64,000 nucleotides of DNA from the human T2T-CHM13v2.0 reference genome, Homo sapiens: assembly GCF_009914755.1 (NCBI RefSeq), contig NC_060936.1; one strand, given 5' to 3'. A model generated the notes under the pieces. That model did not search any database. It worked only from the letters and a program-made list of their open reading frames with translations, and had not been told where the DNA came from. Below are positions 54,830-64,000 of this stretch, piece by piece; the first letter of the stretch is position 1, and every line of letters starts with the position of its first letter. Made by a program: the position numbers and the translations under genes.

Positions 54830-55160
54830 TGGTTATTGACTATTTACCACATGCCATGTACTGTTTACCTACAGAGCACTTTTAACCCCACAACAATCCT
54901 ATCAGGTAGATACTCTGAGTATTTCCATTTCACAGATGAGAGGACTGAGATTCCAAGAGGTGAAGTTACTTGCCCAAGATCACACAGCTGAGGAAGCAGT
55001 AGAGCCACTTGGCTCCAGGTATTTGAATGCAGGCCAAGCTTGGCTACAGAACCCATATTATAATAACCCCATTTACTTGATGAGAAATCTCAGGCTCAGA
55101 GAAGCAAACCAACATGCCCAAGGTCACACAGCCAGGAAGCAGCAAGTCCTAGTTCCTTTG
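54830..55160 (-). mobile_element. two MIR copies
   Basis: cagatgagaggactgagattcc...cccaagatcacacagc; gctcagagaag...cccaaggtcacacagc. Confidence 0.8.
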
Positions 55161-55284
55161 CCTTACCGTATTTCCCAGGTAAAGGCTGGGAAACCTCCCT
55201 TTGCAGTTTCAGTTGGTGATGACCAGACATCCTTCCCCAACTCTTTCCTGTGCAAGTGACTCCCAACTCTTGGCCTCTGATATG

Positions 55285-55712
55285 AATTCTGTGCTAGTGC
55301 TAGTTTATATCAGTTCACTAGAGCCAAATGTTAAATTTGCAAGACTTTTGCAAACTACTTACTAAACACAGATATTCAAAGGTAAGTTACATAAACTTAC
55401 TAGAGTGTAATTATATTTCAAACCAGGTACTCAAAACTCATCACTTCCTAATTATTTTACTGCATTTTACTATTATATGCTCTTTAAGGTTATTTACATC
55501 CACCAAATGTGTATGGTGGAAATACAACATGTTAAAGCATGATAGAGTGCCCCTGTACATCTCTCCCTAGCTGTGCGCTCAGTGATGTCCAGTTGGTAGA
55601 TTGAAATTGGCCATGATGGGAATATTTACACCCCAGAAATTGGCAAGCATTACCAGTCAGGGCTTTTTTCCCCCTGTAGATCCATTGTTAACCATTTACC
55701 AGCATACCACTG
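55285..55712. mobile_element. MER63-family (hAT-Blackjack)
   Basis: Ends ttgaaattggccatgatgggaatatttacac...gttaaccatttaccagcataccactg. Confidence 0.75.
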
Positions 55713-55904
55713 CCTGAAGCCCCCTGCCTCCACCATCAAGCTGTACCATTCGCCTCCACCATCAGCCTCAATCCAGGACCACCTGGCCCTCCCAATGGAT
55801 CCAACTGGTCCCAGGGCCGGACCAGCTTCCATGAGGCTGCTGCATTGGGACAATAGTCCACATTCATCCTTGCAAACATGCTAGACTGATATTCCTCCCC
55901 CTAA

Positions 55905-56070
55905 GACAGTGGTTAGACCCTTGGCTGCCCATTAAAATCACCTGAGAGAGCTTAAAAAAATACAGATATACAGATTTTTTTTACAGGACACACCACCAGA
56001 GATTCTGATTTAATTGGTCTGGGGTGTGTCTGGCTTTTGGGATTTTTTCTAAGCTTTCCCACCAATGTGG
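55905..56070. mobile_element. MER5B-like
   Basis: cagtggtt...cccttggctgcccattaaaatcacctg...ccagagattctgatttaattggtctgggg. Confidence 0.75.
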
Positions 56071-56132
56071 AGAAGTACAACTCCAAGCAAACTCAGTGTG
56101 CAAAAAAACATGGGCTATCAAAGGAGAAAACA

Positions 56133-56251
56133 TGTTAGGAAAATTGAGAAAGTTTGCCATGAGTTAAATCACCCATCTCCTAATCTGGGCTCCTATCAGA
56201 TTGCAAAATGGGTGATTTAATTCATGGGAAACTTTCTCAGTTTTCCCAACA
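56133..56251. repeat. inverted repeat, 44-bp arms (40/44 match), 31-nt spacer
   Basis: 56133-56176 matches the reverse complement of 56208-56251. Confidence 0.97.
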
Positions 56252-56269
56252 ATAATCTGGAAGGAACAG

Positions 56270-56410
56270 CAGCAGAGGGCAAACCTTTTCTCTAGAGGGC
56301 CAGATGGTAAATATTTTTTACATTGTGGGCCATAGGGTCTCTGTTGCAGCTACTCACCTCTGCCATGGCCATGTAAAAGTAGCCATAGACAATCTGTAAA
56401 GGAAGATGCA
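56270..56410. mobile_element. MER58 fragment
   Basis: ggcaaaccttttct...gggccagatggtaaatatttt...gcagctactcacctctgcc...gccatagacaat. Confidence 0.8.
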
Positions 56411-56480
56411 TGTGCAGGGTGCATGCCAGTCCCCATCTATGGTGTCCCTTACAGGGTAGCCTGCCCTGAGATTGTTCTTA

Positions 56481-56633
<153 letters not shown>

Positions 56634-56950
56634 TCATTAAAAAAATAGAAAAATCTATGCACATAATTACCTTGAATGTTCCCACTGAGCCAACAGATTA
56701 GTTGGGTCTGTGGAGTGTCCCTCTGGCCCCCCAGATTCTTGAAGCAGTTTTAACTGTACTTACTCATCTGATAGGCAAAAACGTTGACTTGAGCATTGAT
56801 GGACTGGAAGTTCTTTCAAGGGGAGGATCCCATGAGTCTTGTTCTCTCAGTCTAGTGCCCGACCTTTGGGTCTCATGTAACAACAAAAAAATGGTTGCAT
56901 GAATACACTGAAAAAATAAATAACGTTTACTATTGTTAAAAAACATTATG

Positions 56951-57358
<408 letters not shown>

Positions 57359-57849
57359 CTATGAGGACAGCAACTCTCTTCATTATCCTCTATATCATTG
57401 CTATGCCCTGGTGTTGTGCCCGGGGTACAACACGTAGTAGGTGTTCGATAAACTTGGGTTGGATAAATGGAAGAATGAATGAATGATGAGCTGGTGCACT
57501 TAGATGTGATTTATAAGACTTCTAGGGGGATCACCGGCTATTACTTAGAACTATATTGTGGGTCAAATCACGTCTCCTTCCCCTTAAAACCACAAATAGC
57601 CGGGCTTCAGCATCTGCCGTGGACATCAGAATTCCTGAGAACCTTCTGAACCGTGTTGGCTCCCAGGCCCCACTCCTGGGAGTTGTTGGGCTGTTGAGTA
57701 GACTGACATATTGGGAAGCCTGGTAGAATCTCACAGGTGTAGGAAAATCTAGCTGCCTAGGGTTATAAAGGATGCCCTTTGTCCTCAACTCCTTTGACAC
57801 CTTCTCTCTGGAGACCTGCTGAATAAGGAAGGGAGTAACCACAAGGAAA

Positions 57850-58500
57850 AAAAAAAAAAAGGCAACAAAAACCAACTGGTGTAATTTAAACCCCTTCAAA
57901 GTTACCAGGCTGCTGGAGATTAGCATAGAGAAAATATGTCGGGGTCCACTTTGATTTGCAATTTGAGATAAATGCGGGAAACGTGTTTGTGCTTCCTCGG
58001 AGAGGATTATGTTGCCTTGCAAGTTGGGTTGTTGTCACTTTTGATTTTAGAATACTTACTTGTGCCTCCAGTAATGAACAAAAACCAAACCACACTGAAA
58101 CCAGCCCGGGGGGGTCCTGCTGTCTCAGAAGCTCAAGGTATTCCTGTTTCTACTGAATTGCTATTTCCAGATTCCTGCCTGTCACCCGCCAGACTTTTAA
58201 GGGTTCTACGCTTGGGCTGCATCGACGCTGGTAGTTTATTTCAGACATAAGCAAATTGTCTTAAAGTTGTTACCACAAAAAAAAAAAAAAAAAACAACCC
58301 ACAACTAACTCGATATCTTATTTTTGAGGGGGTGAATCATTCTTTACTATATTGATTTAATGTGCATTAATAATATAGTCCTCGCTCCAATAACCTTTCT
58401 ATGTCACCCAGTTGCCCTCAACCAGAGTAGCAGCGAACTCGGTCAAATTTTAGATGCATTAAACATGAGCATGGAACTTAAACTAGAAGGCAGATTCTGA
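57850..58500. promoter_or_regulatory. candidate conserved non-coding element
   Basis: Repeat-free and CpG-retaining; CTTCAAAG, CTTTGAT, AGATAA, ATTGATTT 58351-58358. Confidence 0.35.
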
Positions 58501-58905
<405 letters not shown>

Positions 58906-59699
58906 TAATTTTTCCCCCATTGAAATATGACTGTATAAGTTATAGGCCACAGATGCTTTCATGGGAGGTGTCATTATAGGTATGAATCTGACAGTTCTTG
59001 AATGCAGGGGCATTTGGGGTAAGGTCTTGCCTTTCCAAATTCTTAGGTAACTGTTCAAGAGCCCCTTCCACCGAGACCTAAAATACATGTGCTATTTCCA
59101 GGTGCTACGAGTTCTCAAAAACAAATCATTCCTAGGAGGTTAAATTCCGTTTCCACAGCTCATATCAAAACACCATCCTCCATCCCTCATGCAGTCCCCT
59201 GCTGGAAGTTTCTGGTTTGACTGGCTGACTGCTCTGTGGTCTAAATATAGCCATTTAAAAAGAAGATTATGGCCCGTCCACCTGGGACTGCCAAAAAGCC
59301 TTTCACGAGAACTCTTGAAAGCCTGATGCCTTTAATCCTCAACTTTAATTTAAAGAAATCTTCTCAACTCATATTCCATTTTCTACATTCTCTCCCCCAC
59401 CCGTCCTCCATGACAGATCTTTTAATTTCCCCTACCCCACCTTTCATTACCGAGGAATAAGACTCTTTACAAGTAGTTTCTAGAGTAAGGATGGGCTAAG
59501 CTGTTTTAATTTCTTGCAAGGATGTTTTTATAGAAGAAAATCAAGTCAACACTCAAGAGTATACACAGCCCTTTATGGAGATGGAGAGAATTAATCAGGC
59601 CAGAAAGTTCGGAATATAAAACGGGACGGGGGAGGGGAAGGATGTTTCATCAAACCGAACTGCTCTGGGAGATGCAAAGATAAAAGGATTTCCCTCTCC

Positions 59700-60200
59700 G
59701 AGTGCCTTAAATATTGGCAGGCAGTAGGGTCAAGATTTTTTCTTTTGTTGTTATGGAAAGCCATACAGATAATTAATGCTGTTGAAAGAAGATTGTTCTG
59801 TTGGCGTCTGCAAGGCTGGCCCCCTAGTCTGGGATCTTCTGGAAAGAAACAAGTCAGGGAAAAAAGTTATGCACCAGGGGAGATCCTGCCAATTTGCACG
59901 AGCAATAAATAATGTCCAGAGAGCAAACAGCCACCGGCTAGTTGCTCGTGGCTGCAGATATTTGATATGGGGACACAAGTCAGTGCATGCAGTGAACTTC
60001 AAATGGGGCAGGGGACTGACCCACCCCGCCCTGTCACAGGCTGCTTCTTTTAAACAATAATTATTAAAGAAAGGAAGTTGCAACAGAAGCCCAGGAAGGT
60101 TATGCATCGGCTTTGATATTTACAGTTTTTATTTCTTCCTGGATGGATAACTCCTGCTGTAATTTAATGGGCAGGAAATGTTTGATCGCCTCCTTGGATG
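59700..60200. promoter_or_regulatory. candidate conserved non-coding element
   Basis: Repeat-free; TAATTAAT, AATAATTATTAA, CTTTGAT, GCAAACA, TAAACAA. Confidence 0.35.
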
Positions 60201-60354
60201 TCCGATGCAGCCACAAGGTCTGGGAGTCCTGGCCAGGCCTGCTGGGCCCCAGGAGCCTTCCGTGTCTCTGGCTGACCCAGTCCTGAAGGGACTCAGAAAA
60301 CTCAATAAACCCCAGAGTGATAACAGAAATAGCTAATGCTTACCCGGCATATAG

Positions 60355-61006
<652 letters not shown>

Positions 61007-61312
61007 GACAAACTTAATCCTCTTAAAACCCACAGAGGGTGATGCTCCTTTTGGTCCCCTTGTATTAATAAGGAAACAGGCTCAGAGGGGTAAAACACAG
61101 CAAAAGTCAGAGCTGGGATTTGAACCCAGGTCTTCTGGCTCTAGTCAACATTTTTTTCTAGATGCAGTGAAAGTCACATAACATAAAATTAACCATTTCA
61201 GAGTGAACAATTCAGTGGATTTAGTACATTCATAGTGTTGTGCCACCATCACCACTATCTAGGTCCCAAACATTTTTATTCCCCCAAAAGGAAACCGCAT
61301 ACCCCTGAGCAG

Positions 61313-62665
<1,353 letters not shown>

Positions 62666-63147
62666 TAAACAAAATCCTCCACAGTGTAGCCTTTTATGTC
62701 TGGCATCATGTTTTCAAGGTTCATCCATGTTGGCACATGGATCAGTAATTCATTCCTTTTTATGGCTGCATAACATTCCATTGCCTAGATATATCACATT
62801 TTATGTATCCATTCATTTGTTGCTAGGAATGTGGCTTGTTTTTTCTTTTTGGCTGTTGCAAATAGTGCTGCTGCAGATTCCGCATGGATAGGATAATGAG
62901 GGAAGCAGAGCAGATGTGAGGCTTTAGGGAGTGGTGGAGACTGAGGCTAATTAGAGAATGGGCACCCAGGCAAATGGCTCTGAGGATTGCCAGACAGGAG
63001 TGCAAGCACAGTGTGGTCAGATCTTCCAATTTTTTTTAGAGAAAATGAAAATTTAGATCTTTATGTTAAATATCTGATATTCAAGAAAAAGCAGAAACTA
63101 AACGAAACACATCTGCAAAGGCCAAATGGGCCACCGGGTTATGAACT

Positions 63148-63959
<812 letters not shown>

Positions 63960-64000
63960 AGTCCACCCCTTGTCAACTTGGCACCCATATGCATCTCCTT
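63960..64000 (-). mobile_element. start of ERVL internal sequence (polypurine-tract side)
   Basis: agtccaccccttgtcaacttggcaccc directly abuts the LTR. Confidence 0.75.

Overview
Primate, most likely human, genomic DNA. It carries about 27 Alu/FLAM copies (including an AluY-type), many MIR and L2 relics, old L1M fragments, hAT MITEs (MER5, MER20, MER53, MER58, MER63), MaLR/ERVL LTRs and a MER39-like solo LTR. I find no credible protein-coding exon: the ORF track consists of short chance ORFs, Alu read-throughs, simple repeats and L1 ORF2 debris. Between the repeats are several repeat-free blocks that are AT-rich or retain CpGs and are dense in transcription-factor motifs. They look like conserved enhancers of a developmental-gene desert or large intron (inference; I cannot identify the locus). 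The most notable structures seen directly are: (1) a 44-bp-arm inverted repeat at 56133-56251 (pre-miRNA-like hairpin, possible template-switch origin); (2) an ~84-bp copy of an Alu 5' junction pasted 1.1 kb away into an MLT1 LTR; (3) a five-monomer Alu inside a single TSD; (4) a MER53 palindrome carrying a miR-1302-like arm; (5) an old ~130-150-bp local duplication; (6) a nested L1M>LTR>L1P stack. Repeat boundaries and subfamily names were assigned by eye and are approximate.
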